The notes below the pieces were generated by a model that did no database searches, was not told the DNA's origin, and was given only the letters and a program-made list of their open reading frames with translations. 64,000 nt of DNA from Schizochytrium sp. TIO01 (taxonomy: Eukaryota > Protista > Bigyra: Labyrinthulomycetes). The stretch covers positions 1,488,001 through 1,552,000 of the forward strand of contig SMSO01000036.1 of NCBI GenBank assembly GCA_004764695.1, read 5' to 3'. The translations under genes were made by a program, and so were the position numbers. Positions 43,279 through 54,309 of the stretch are shown here, one piece after another; positions within the stretch are counted from its first letter, which is position 1, and every line of letters starts with the position of its first letter.

Positions 43279-44805
43279 ATGTATATGCGGCAGCTACTTC
43301 CTGTTACTTTGGTAGCATTTCTATGTGCTCAGGTCGCGCATGCAGAGACATGTCCAGGACAGGAAACCACCTCTGCTGCCCAAGCATATTGCTCTGGTGG
43401 AAGCTTTAGCAGCTATGAATTAAATGGAGAAGGGTCTTATCAATGTAGTCTCTGTACAGGTACAGGCTCCATATGCTCGGGGTGCAGCTCTAGCAGTAGT
43501 GAGGCTACCCCGAGTCCTACAAGTCTTACAAGCTCTGCAACGAGCTCCCCCACGAGCTCCCCCACGAGCTCTGCGCTTGCAGATTGTCCAGATCTGAGCT
43601 CGGCCAGTGCTGCATCAAGCTATTGCTCCGGAAATATGATAGCATCGGTTTTTAATGGGGAGGGAACTTATACTTGTGAAAGTTGTACAGGAGAAGGTAA
43701 AATTTGCTCAAGCCCACCATGTATCACAACAACCACAAATGGAACAAGTGCTGTGACATGCCCAACAGAGTCTGTAGAAGTAGCAACTTGTTCGGCTCTA
43801 GAAAGTATATGCAGCTCCAATGGTTACGGCTCCTTGACAGCGGCTGACACGGGGAGCCTGGGTGGCGATTATTCATGCTCAGGCTGCAGCTCCGGCACAG
43901 TTACTATTGCAGACGATGGATGGTCAGATGATAGCGGTTACTATCCGAATGGCTTGACTACTGCCGGCAAAGCTGAGGTATCCGCAGTTTATATCAGCCT
44001 CTGTCTATTGGCACTTGTAATCGCTATCGTCCGAAATTGCAGACATGTACCTTCGCAAAGTTTCAAAGGCTTATTATATGTAGGCTTTGGTCAGGGGAAA
44101 GAGGAGTTTGATGATAACTACTGCACCTATCTATCCAAAGAGCACCCACTCTTCATCCTCCTGAGCTGTTCAAATTGTGTTTGTCCCAATATCTTCGCCA
44201 AAGCTGGAGTTATCATGGCTCTACTAGTTGGATTGTCCCTTGCAATTACATTCGAAAGTGCTGAATTGTTCGATATTTACTCTGAAAAGTCAGGTTCGTG
44301 CTACAGAGTCACCACCTCAACATCTTCGATTTCTCAATCGACGCAAACAAGCTCTTCAAGTATTGACCTCAGCTCGTTCTTCGGCATGCCTACATTATTC
44401 TCCTTCCTCGTGAGTCTCATTGGCGAGACGCTTTATTCTGCTGCACTCCGAATTTCAAAGGATACTGGAAGGAAATGTGACCCCTGTCTAACCCTCTTGT
44501 GTCTGTTTACAGGTCTATGCTTAACAATGTATTTCGCATTGTCCAAAGCATACATTGGACTGAAGGACAAATTTCCGGATGTGTCTCTTGGAGACATCTT
44601 CAAACAATATGCAACCGTGTTTGCTACCTCAACTGTGTTGGGATGGGTGTTAAGTCTTCTCCCTTTTAAATTTATTTTTAAGTTGTGTTTTCACACAGCT
44701 ACTATGCGCGCAGTACAGTCACGGGAAGATACCCCAAGCAGACTTGAGGTAAAAGTACTTGACACACATTCTCAGGAGAACCCCCTCGATAAGACGTATC
44801 CTTAA
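43279..44805 (+). CDS. Signal-peptide protein with three Cys-rich repeats, Ser/Thr stalk and multi-pass TM domain (cell-surface protein)
   Basis: Signal ending AHA|E; repeats CP..(Y/I)CS..(NGEG)xYxCxxC; about 5 hydrophobic segments in the C-terminal half. Confidence 0.7.
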   Translation: MYMRQLLPVTLVAFLCAQVAHAETCPGQETTSAAQAYCSGGSFSSYELNGEGSYQCSLCTGTGSICSGCSSSSSEATPSPTSLTSSATSSPTSSPTSSALADCPDLSSASAASSYCSGNMIASVFNGEGTYTCESCTGEGKICSSPPCITTTTNGTSAVTCPTESVEVATCSALESICSSNGYGSLTAADTGSLGGDYSCSGCSSGTVTIADDGWSDDSGYYPNGLTTAGKAEVSAVYISLCLLALVIAIVRNCRHVPSQSFKGLLYVGFGQGKEEFDDNYCTYLSKEHPLFILLSCSNCVCPNIFAKAGVIMALLVGLSLAITFESAELFDIYSEKSGSCYRVTTSTSSISQSTQTSSSSIDLSSFFGMPTLFSFLVSLIGETLYSAALRISKDTGRKCDPCLTLLCLFTGLCLTMYFALSKAYIGLKDKFPDVSLGDIFKQYATVFATSTVLGWVLSLLPFKFIFKLCFHTATMRAVQSREDTPSRLEVKVLDTHSQENPLDKTYP

Positions 44806-45066
44806 TTTTTCCAATTTAATCAAGAACAGTGGTGGTAGTTGCATATGGAAAATGCAGAGTGATCGTTTTGGATTTCACTCTCTAATATCGCGCACTACAG
44901 TTTAACACTAGCGATGGAATTGATGGTTCTAGTTTTGATTCGAGATTGCAAGTAGATGTACAATTAAACTTCTATGAGTTTCTGTCGATCCGTCAACACT
45001 TGCTATTCTAAGCACATAAGAATTTAAGTTCAAATTTACTACAAAGATATGGTTGGCAAATGGATC

Positions 45067-46607
45067 TTAATGCTGAGTAAGCATTGCAGTCATACGGCGC
45101 TCAAGAACTTCGTTGAGTTTGGTGGCTGTCCGGAGATGCAATCGATGAACTCGCTGCTTTGCTTCTTCATAAAATTGAAGAGATTCCATGTAGGTTTCAA
45201 ACCACATACGTGAGCAACAAAGCGTCTTAATTGGAGCCACATCATCATGGTCTAGCGTACCAGCTAGATTTTTAAGAAAGTCATCTAAAGAAACCCGGCC
45301 ATTCTTCTCTTGGCTCTTCATGATTTGTTCGAGGTCTCGTCGCTGCTTTTCCAGAATGAACTCTTTCTTCTTCTTAAACAGCTCTGCTCGCTTTTGGTCC
45401 CGTAGGGTTTTCTCCTCTGCTTGCGCTTCTTCAAGGTTTTGGACGACTACACCAATAAAAAGACTGATAAATTAAAAAAGTGTAACGTTTTGAAGCAATG
45501 GTTAGTCTGAACTGAAGGTTTTAGAAAAAAAATAGGTTCAATCAAGGTAGCCCGAACGTCTAAATCAGCCGTAGGTTCATGATTTTTTAGCAAAAGTGAA
45601 TAAAATTGAAGAAACCCAGGTACGAGCTCATTAACTTACTTTGTGAAGATAAAGTTTCCAACAAAAATCCACGGAATGATAAATGCTGCAACAGATCCTT
45701 CTGAAAAGTTGCGGTCCAGTAATTTATATTGAATATCTGTCCAGCTGTCCAGAGTTACCAAAACCCAAAGCTGGTACATTGAAAATTGAATTGTTCCCCA
45801 TTCTTCAGAATCAGCATCAGGAGTACGTCCAAAGGAATAATGGCCAATCATAGCCCAAACGAACATAAGAAGTAGGAGAAGACCTACTAAGTAGAGAATA
45901 GAGGCCATTGTTTTGATCAATGCACTCACAAGAACTTGAAGAGGTCTAATGAAGGAGATGCTACGAAGTGCTCGAAGTGCGCGTAAAGCTCGAAAAATTT
46001 TAAGAAATGAGACGTTCGCCTTTGTGTCGTTCGAGTCGAGAGCAACATCAGTTACGTATGATATGGCAAGCACGATAAAATCCATGCGATTATAGTTGTT
46101 TTGCCAATACTTTACAGGCTCTGCAAAGATCTTAAATAAGAATTCCATTGTATATATACTGAGGTAAATTAAACTCATTGTGGAAAATGTAGTTTCTGCG
46201 CTTTTGTTTTGGAATGCTGGAAGTGTTTCTAGGGCAATAGTAATCATATTGACGAGGATTGTTCCAACGATGACCACGTTAAAAGCACGACTGGTTGTTG
46301 TTTTTGAAACTACAAAGTGAAATACACCACGGTATTTGCTTATATCCACCGTAACATGTGTCTCCATTTGACTCGCACTTCTTAAATCACGAAAAATAGG
46401 TATATCCTGCGAAGAAATTCGCAGATGAGAGGTACCTTCACGTAGGTTTTGTGCAATGCTCTTTCTGCGCGTATTTGCATTCGGGTCATTAGTTGGATAA
46501 CCCAATGTGGTAACTGGTACAACTCGGTTTGCACTGTTGGCCCGAGTAAAGCTTAGGCCAAGGTGTGGAGCAAGGCTATGCCTTCGCTTTGTGTCCGGAT
46601 GTTGCAT
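45067..46607 (-). CDS. Single-domain voltage-gated cation channel, CatSper-alpha-like; join(45640..46607,45067..45463)
   Basis: S1 FNVVIVGTILVN, S2 YTMEFLFKI, S3 YNRMDF, S4 KIFRALRALRALRS, pore TLDSW. Intron 45464-45639 (GTAAGT...CAG) restores S6 FIFTNLFIGVVVQNLEE, followed by a coiled coil. Confidence 0.82.
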
Positions 46608-48060
46608 TTTTATAAGATTTTAAAACCGTGCCCCACAAATAACCTTGGCTTTATTGTTTCCAAAAGTAAGTTGCAGCCTCTCGAATAGTGGTTAGGGTCA
46701 AGCTTTGCATGGCAAAGTCTTAGACCACAAACTGGTTTGGAATCAGGTAAGGCAGTTCGCTTAAATGTATTTGAAGGGTTTCGCTTACACAGAATCTTAG
46801 GTATGGGCGTGTCACTGACACTACTACTTATCTGGCCTTTGGCGCTGCGCCAGGGACTATGACGCTTGCTTGAGGGTAGTGTTATATTCACGAGCTTGAA
46901 TGAAAAGCTCTGGAGTTTTTTTCTCTTCTGCTGTGGTTATGACCTAGCTGCTAAAGGTTTCTCCGCAAGCTTTATAGCACAGATCTACCCTTCGTGTGGC
47001 TACTTTTGCTCTCCAGGAGGTTACTTGTGAAAGAAGACGCTCTCCGTTTGCTTCAACTTGTCACTTGAGTCTCGAGCTCTGCTAATCACTGCACTAAAAA
47101 TTGTTATGCAGTGATTATAAAGGGGTTGAGAAGTTAAGACGAGATATAGTATGTAGTCGAAACTAGCTTTAGCAAGCTATATTGTACCTTGTTTACAGAA
47201 AAAACAAGTTGTAGCTAACGCTCGACTCTTGGCTTGCTATTTTTCGAATATTTATATTATAGAAAGTACCCTCTGTTCATGCCTGATTCTGCGAGCTGCG
47301 ATTAGAGTTCGTGCTAACTATTAGCTATTCATACATCTGTATTGAATGTCAATATTACCCGTGGAAGGGTATACAACGTGATCGTTTCTTGATGCAGCCT
47401 TTATTAAAAGCAAACATCCCACACTATCCTATATCGAATGTATCCGTTGATTGTGCATGTCGTACGGAGGTGTGCTAATAAAAGAATCAGGTCCGACTCG
47501 AGGGAGATGGCATTTGTTCTACACATGACCGTAGTCAGCCTAAAAGCGGATTTCGTGAGCACGTAAGCAAATTTGCCTCAGAAGTTGCACAGCATTCGTC
47601 AAACGTGTTGTTCTCACGAAATGTGCGGCCTCTCTTACAAGTAAAATGAAAATTAAAAAGGAATAAACGAGTAAAATTGATCATATTACTATTACTTTTT
47701 TGTTTTTCTTTCTTTTAGTTAATTTTATTATTTAAATTAATAATACTTATTTTAAATCAATTGAAGTAGCTTGAATACGAATAATCAAAACATTACAAAT
47801 ATATATATATATACATATTTTAGAGAACTAAAGATGTGGGATCTCTCGATACATATTGTCACGGCATCCGAAGAGTTTGCTTTCTCAAAGCACGTCAAGC
47901 ATCGTTGCGCGTTTATATTTCTGTTCGGTTTTTGAGCTGGTTAACTCGCAGTGCAAAGTAAAGACTCCGTGCGTCCTAACAAAAAAAGCGCAAACCAATG
48001 CCAGAACGCACTCTGCCTGCTCCTGCTACACGAAGAAACAAAACGCTGCCCTCTTGGGCA

Positions 48061-48103
48061 CATGCATGCATGCATGCATGACTAGCTAGGTACCTAGGTC
48101 ATG
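48061..48103. repeat. (CATG)n tract followed by a nested palindrome
   Basis: catgcatgcatgcatgcatgactagctaggtacctaggtcatg. Confidence 0.7.
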
Positions 48104-49723
48104 AGATCGCCTCTTGTTTCTGCAGTTTGTTTCTCCATCAAAATTGATCTACTCTGACTGTAATCGCTGAACCGCCATCACCTTCGGCAGTCATTCATTG
48201 AAGCATTCAGTCACTTCTCGAGTCGATTCGTAATACCTAAGTTTGCACCATGAGCTTTCGACCTTTGTGAGCTTGCGGAGGTCAGTGCTCCGCTGCACTG
48301 AAAGAGCGCACACGAATTTGTTGACACGAAGACAGCAGCAGAAGAATCGAAGAATCTCCAATCTTCTGGCTTTTACCAAGGTTGTTTGTTCTGCAGCACT
48401 AAAGGAGAACGAACGTCCTTCCTCAATCAATGCATGAAACTCGAAAGCTTTGACCTGAGCTTTCGCAAAGGAAGAGAATTTCAGGACCAGGAGTACCGCT
48501 AGCTACCTACTCACTAGGAGTAGCAGCAGCAGGAGCTGACTTACACTTAGGTTTCGCAGAAGGCATTGGATGACTGATTGATCTTGGCATTTCAGGGCTT
48601 GCACGAAAACGTGGAGCTTGCGTTAGAATCGCTCGTTTGTAGCCAGGTGCCTTGCACCAGGAAGGTTCGGGGTGCTGCCTGGATTGAGAGGACTGCTCGC
48701 AGGAGATTGCTGTTTTGCGATACCTACGTAGGTACAGGGACTGGGGCTTCGAGGCTTTAAGCAGCATAAGAACTAAATAAATAAATAAACAAATTAATTA
48801 ATACTCACTGACCCTTTTTTACTACAATCGAAACAGAAAGAAAAAAAGTCTACGTAGTAGAGATTAATTCCTCGACTTGAACATCGATCAGACTTCAATC
48901 TCAGCCGCATTTGGGTCTCTTGGCCGCGCTCTGGCAAGCACCCACGGCCGCGACCACGCGGGAAACTCGGCAACTCTAGCAAACCAGCCTTGGGTAGACT
49001 GCTAGTATGCAAGGGGGGGAGCAGGCGGAAAGATAAGAGATTTGGTCGAGAACGATTCAATTTGATTCGATCTGTGACCTCGAAAGGAAGCCTACCTCTG
49101 CCTCGACCACCTCCTACTAAAAGTGGGTTGCCCGGGGAAATCAACGAGGGCTGCGCCGGGGCTGTTTGCAGGTTATGAGTAGAGAGCCAACCTCGCTCGC
49201 ACGACCGCATTGAAGAGCAGAACAAAGGAGCTGTAACAAAGCCAGCAGGGAAGGTCGCATTCCAAGACCTCTGCTGTTCTTGCACTCTAGCAAAGTACAT
49301 ATCGTACGCTTTTTCCAATCTATTGGACAGAAGTTTATTTACAGCGGCTGCAACAGGAGGATTGGGAGCCAGGTCTTCAAGGCAAGGCACATCTTCTGGC
49401 GCAACGAGGAGGCCATCTTCAAGATCACCTACTATAAAACCGAATAGAGTGTATTCGAAGGAATTGAAGAGAGTCCAAAACAACAGAAAACAAAGCAAAA
49501 AAAAAAATCTATTATCAAAGAACAAAGAAAACAAAATCGTCATTACACTTTAAAAGTAAATAAATAAGATAACCCAACAGCAGCAGTAGCAACAGCAGCA
49601 GCAGAAGTCACAACAAAAAAGAAATCAGCTGACGCCGTCGAGACAGCAGACCTCGTTCAAGGTAGCTCTCAACACCACTCTCCGAGGTCATAGCGCTTGA
49701 TCATCCAGGCAGAAGTCGCTGCG

Positions 49724-52700
49724 ATGTCGGAGCTGCAGGCTATCCTTGCCCGGCGGCGGCGGGCCTCCGAACAGCCGGGCGCGAAAGACAGCTCTGCAGC
49801 TCCTCTGAGCCAGAGCTCTGCGCCCAAGTTGGCTTCGGCCTCGTCATCTACAACTCCTGCTGCGAAACCGAGTGTACCAGCGCAATCTGCATCGAGCGGA
49901 GCCTGTGACAATTACCGCGTGGATGTGACAGCTTCGGAGTTCGGAATGTGCAAATGCGGACACCCGAGGGCGGATCATCAGAAACCCAGCTTCTCGAGGC
50001 CAGCCCCAAAACCACATCAAGAAAGTAGCGCAACCAACCCAAATGTTGTCGCAAAGAATACTGTGCCCAATTCAACAGCAAGTTCTGCTCCGACTGCAAC
50101 CCCGTCCTCGACTTTTACTTCAACGTCGAATACTGCAAGATCTGTAGTAGCGAGATCCACAGTGGCAAGGAATGACAATGATGAAGATGAAGACAGCAGC
50201 TCTGGAAGCGTGCCTTGCGATGAGTTTCGCATTGATGTTACAGCGCCAAAGTTTGGGCTGTGCAAGTGCGGGCATCCAAAGAATCAACACAGCAGGGCTG
50301 CACTCAACCCAACCCCATCTTCAGTGTCTCGGAGACCCGTGTCAAGAGCAATTGCCACCCCAGCTTCGCATTTCACCAGCACTCATGAATCAAAGGAAGC
50401 ATCTACACCCAAGGAGCCGGACTCTACGCACCACAAGGTTGCGGATATTCGAGAAGAGATTGAGCACGCACAGCATCATCATGAGGAGAGTCCGAACCAT
50501 AGCATCAGTGCAGTAAAGACCAGTGGTAGCCAGAAAAAGCGCCGTGTTCGTGCGCTCTACGACCTTCAGTCAACACGGCAGGGTGATCTCTCCCTCACAC
50601 AGGGCGACATTATTACAGTTGAGGATGATTCAAGCGGGGCGTGGTGGAAAGGCCGCATCGATGACCGTAGTGGACTATTTCCGTCAAATTATGTTGAAGA
50701 GGTTGCGGAGGATAGCGAAGCAGAGGATGAGGTGCCTCTGCCACCTTCGCCATCCGCGAAAGAGAAAGAGGAGCCTACCTATGCTGAAGTGCTGTACACA
50801 TTTGAGTCCTCCAAGGTAGGCGACTTAGGCATGGAAAAAGGGACCCCTGTGAAAGTTCTCACCAAAAATGGTGACTGGTGGCGTGGACAGGTGGATGGGC
50901 GCGTGGGTATCTTCCCGTCTAATTACGTTCGGGAGATATCAGAATCCGAGTACGATAGACTGCGCTCAGAGTCTCGAAGTAAACCGTCTGTGGTAGCGTC
51001 TGCTGCTGCTATCTCCGTGGCAAAGCACAATATCAAAGAGGAAGAGACAGCAAAGTCTCGACAAGGCTCAGTTCGTGACTTACGGTCGAAATTGTTTGGA
51101 GCTGGTGGCGTACCCATGCCGATTCCAGGCCAACAGTCTACACGCCACCTCTCCGTGTCCACCTCTCCTGTTGCACACAATGATAACGTGCCCCAAACTA
51201 CCCGCGATGCGACAATCTTGCGTGCTGTGTATGATTTTGAAGCGTCTGACGAGAACGATTTATCCCTCCATCGTGGAGATGAGATAACTCTGATAAACAA
51301 GCTAAATGACGATTGGTGGGAAGGCTCTAAAGAAGATGGATCTTCTGGAATGTTCCCTAGCAATTATGTTGAGATTTTGAAACAAGCAACAAGTCCAACA
51401 ACAGAGATTCGCAAACCTGCGCCCCCTCCCCCATCCCCCCCTTCAGATTCTGATGATCTTCATGCAGCAAGTACCATCGGTGCTCGAATCCACAAGCTGG
51501 CTAGTACACAATCCAGTACACAAAATCTGATGTCTCCACCTTCATCCAGAATGTTGAATAGTCCATCCTCGCCTCCTGGCCCACCTGCACCCCCTTCCCC
51601 GCCTGGACCCCCTGCCTCACCCACGCCGGTTGTCCCGAGTGGGCCTTCGACACCGCCTGCACCAAAGTTCAATGTCGATTCGCTGTACAAGTCCGTCGAT
51701 AACTTTCCTGGTGGTGAAGAAGGGGATCTACCCTTCCAAACAGGCGTTTACATCGAAGTTACAGATGCTGTAGATGACAACTGGAGTTTTGGCAAGGTGA
51801 TTTGGGGGCCAGGAAAAAGCGATGTTGTTGGTATGTTTCCCATGAACTTTGTAGAAAAAGTCTCGCCGCGAGATATCCCTTCTGAGCTTCTGCCTCCATC
51901 GAAACCCACTCAGAATGTGGCAGCTACAGCTTCATTTGGATCACCTCCTCCTCCGCCGCCACCTCCTTCTGGACCTTCCGCTGGAGTCAACTCCCCGCCC
52001 CCGCCCCCACCTCCCCCTTCATCATCTGGCTCATCTGGCGGAAGTGGTGGTAAAGCAACATTGCAACCTGGTATCTCGCGTGGCGAGATTCGTCGGCAGC
52101 CCTCTTTACAAACACAACCACCGCCCGAACCGTGGTTTTCTCCAGGTGAAACATACTCACACAAAATGTCGACGCAGACAGGCGGTCATCACTTCTCTGG
52201 TGGCGGGCCCGTGCGTTTTGATACCTTTGATATTATGAAAAAGGACCGTACAAAGGTGCATTTGGAGCTTGAGCAGTCTCTCGACAATGATATAGCTCGC
52301 TACGAGGCGAATGTTCAACCCTTTGAAACACCTCCGCCTGAGGTTCTTTCACTCTGTGCTAAAAAATATGGTCCAGCTATTGTTGCATTCGCAGAGTCAA
52401 ATTTAGGTCGTCGCGTCGGCGATGGCGAATGCTGGACTCTAGCCAATGAGGCCATGAAAAACGCCAAAACTGCCCCTGTTATTGGCTACAACTTTGGTGC
52501 CAAAATCTCCCTTGACCAAGTTATGCCTGGTGATATTCTTCAATTCACTTCCGCCAAGTTTAAGACGGGCAATGGATGGAAATCTGCTGGTGCTCCCAAC
52601 CATACAGCAGTAGTGCATTCTCGCATTGGGGCGCAGAATATTCGTGTGCTCGAGCAGAACCCACAACCAGTAAGCTGGGGTGAGTATGATTTCGCTCATA

Positions 52701-53068
52701 TGATCGAAGGTTCATTCGAAGTATATCGCCCTGTGGCACCTGAGGGCACAAGAATGGAAGAATTGCATGTACAAGCCCAACAAGTTTCGCCACAATCTTC
52801 TAATGCCCCTCCTCCGCCGCCGCCTGATCTTGCTTTTTCAAACGCACCTGCCTTCTCTGTGCCGCCGCCGCCTCCTCCCCCTCCTCCTCCCGCATCAAGC
52901 CAAAAGCAGTGTCGCGCTGTTTGGGACTTTGATCCTAAAGAAGATGGCGACCTGGGCTTCCGAGCTGGTGATATTATTAACATAGAAAGTATCGATGGGG
53001 AGTGGGTCACTGGAAACCTCCGTGGCGCAACTGGCATATTTCCTTTAGGTTACGTGGAGATGCTCTAA
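49724..53068 (+). CDS. Multi-SH3 (5x), proline-rich scaffold with two C-x-C-H zinc-finger-like repeats and a BBC1/AIM3-type CHAP-like cysteine-protease-fold domain
   Basis: SH3 cores ALYD..WW.G..GLFPSNYV, VLYT..GIFPSNYV, AVYD..GMFPSNYV, SVDNF..GMFPMNFV, AVWD..GIFPLGYV; VGDGECWTLA, PGDILQF, PNHTAVV, VLEQN; poly-Pro tracts. Confidence 0.85.
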   Translation: MSELQAILARRRRASEQPGAKDSSAAPLSQSSAPKLASASSSTTPAAKPSVPAQSASSGACDNYRVDVTASEFGMCKCGHPRADHQKPSFSRPAPKPHQESSATNPNVVAKNTVPNSTASSAPTATPSSTFTSTSNTARSVVARSTVARNDNDEDEDSSSGSVPCDEFRIDVTAPKFGLCKCGHPKNQHSRAALNPTPSSVSRRPVSRAIATPASHFTSTHESKEASTPKEPDSTHHKVADIREEIEHAQHHHEESPNHSISAVKTSGSQKKRRVRALYDLQSTRQGDLSLTQGDIITVEDDSSGAWWKGRIDDRSGLFPSNYVEEVAEDSEAEDEVPLPPSPSAKEKEEPTYAEVLYTFESSKVGDLGMEKGTPVKVLTKNGDWWRGQVDGRVGIFPSNYVREISESEYDRLRSESRSKPSVVASAAAISVAKHNIKEEETAKSRQGSVRDLRSKLFGAGGVPMPIPGQQSTRHLSVSTSPVAHNDNVPQTTRDATILRAVYDFEASDENDLSLHRGDEITLINKLNDDWWEGSKEDGSSGMFPSNYVEILKQATSPTTEIRKPAPPPPSPPSDSDDLHAASTIGARIHKLASTQSSTQNLMSPPSSRMLNSPSSPPGPPAPPSPPGPPASPTPVVPSGPSTPPAPKFNVDSLYKSVDNFPGGEEGDLPFQTGVYIEVTDAVDDNWSFGKVIWGPGKSDVVGMFPMNFVEKVSPRDIPSELLPPSKPTQNVAATASFGSPPPPPPPPSGPSAGVNSPPPPPPPPSSSGSSGGSGGKATLQPGISRGEIRRQPSLQTQPPPEPWFSPGETYSHKMSTQTGGHHFSGGGPVRFDTFDIMKKDRTKVHLELEQSLDNDIARYEANVQPFETPPPEVLSLCAKKYGPAIVAFAESNLGRRVGDGECWTLANEAMKNAKTAPVIGYNFGAKISLDQVMPGDILQFTSAKFKTGNGWKSAGAPNHTAVVHSRIGAQNIRVLEQNPQPVSWGEYDFAHMIEGSFEVYRPVAPEGTRMEELHVQAQQVSPQSSNAPPPPPPDLAFSNAPAFSVPPPPPPPPPPASSQKQCRAVWDFDPKEDGDLGFRAGDIINIESIDGEWVTGNLRGATGIFPLGYVEML

Positions 53069-53532
53069 ACATGAAAATATAAGAGTCCACACACAAGCAA
53101 AATAGCATGTCTGATCTAGCCTCAGATAGTAGAGTGTGTGTTTATGCGGCTCATAAGTAGCGTTTTAGCCTTTTTATTACTTACAAGATAGTCAACAATT
53201 TCCGAATTCTATTTTATTTTCCTGCGGAAAATTTGAAAGGTTGTTCCTATGGTTCAAATTTAATATTTCCGTCTAGTCCAAGTCCACTAAGCTGACGCAT
53301 TCTCCTATTATAACTTCCAAACTTCTCACATCCATCGCGACTGTTTCATGGCATTTCTTTCAATTTTATAATTATTGGCATATATATTCAATTTTTTAAA
53401 GTAGTGTTCAGGCGTAACGGATACTATTCACCGTTCTACTTCAACAGTGATCATTCCAGATAACTACAAGAAAAGAGATCATCTAAGCAAACTTCGAAGC
53501 AGCTGTTTTCATGTTCAATCGCAAAAGAAGTT

Positions 53533-54309
53533 ATGGAAAATGCTGTTAGCAAGGCGCTCCAACATGGGAAGTCAGAGGGTACACTCACTCGAAAGCCTAC
53601 CATGGACCCTATAAAACCTCCTGAGCCCTGGTACTCTCCAGGAGAGAATTACAAATATCAATGGTCGACGCAGACAACAACAAGGAAAACAGCAAGTGGT
53701 TCTTCGTCTTCAAAAACTACGAGAACTGACATTTACAATATTATGAAATCAGATCGTACGAAAGTTCGTCTTGAAATTGAACAATCTCTGGATAAGGAGG
53801 AAGCTCGCTATATCGCAACAGTGAAACCTTTTGAGCAACCTGCTCCAGACCAGCTATTACAGTTTGCACAATCCTACGGCCCTGTTATCGTTTCATTTGC
53901 GGTAAAGAATCTTGGTAAACACGTGGGAAACGGAGAATGCTGGACATTGGCAAGAGACGCTTTGAAGAGTGCCCATGCAGCACCTGTAGCTGGGTACAAC
54001 TTTGGCGCAGAAATCGAAATAGATCAAGCTATGCCTGGTGATATTTTACAATTCACAGCTGCTCGATTCGAGATGGGTAATTCATGGAAGGTTGTTGGCA
54101 GGCCTAACCACACAGCAATAGTACACTCAAAACTTGGCCTCAAGAAGTTGAAAGTGCTTGAACAAAACCCTGGCCCTGTGGGCTACAGTGAGTATGATTT
54201 TGCTTGTATGACTGAAGGGTCTGTTCAAATATACCGGCCGATAGCTCCCGAAGAAGAGCCCATACTGCTGCACCAAATTAGACCGGCGAAGGAGAAAAAG
54301 TCCCAATGA
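53533..54309 (+). CDS. Stand-alone paralog of the neighbouring CHAP-like domain (tandem partial duplicate)
   Basis: PPEPWYSPGE, DRTKVRLEIEQSLD, VGNGECWTLA, PVAGYNFGA, MPGDILQFT, PNHTAIVHS, VLEQNP, YRPIAPE are all colinear with ~52115-52745. Confidence 0.85.
   Translation: MENAVSKALQHGKSEGTLTRKPTMDPIKPPEPWYSPGENYKYQWSTQTTTRKTASGSSSSKTTRTDIYNIMKSDRTKVRLEIEQSLDKEEARYIATVKPFEQPAPDQLLQFAQSYGPVIVSFAVKNLGKHVGNGECWTLARDALKSAHAAPVAGYNFGAEIEIDQAMPGDILQFTAARFEMGNSWKVVGRPNHTAIVHSKLGLKKLKVLEQNPGPVGYSEYDFACMTEGSVQIYRPIAPEEEPILLHQIRPAKEKKSQ

Noticed and set aside
48794-49543. 249-aa minus-strand ORF upstream of the SH3 gene
   Set aside because: Runs through A-rich and simple-repeat leader sequence; no coding bias or motif; more likely 5'UTR, intron or promoter.
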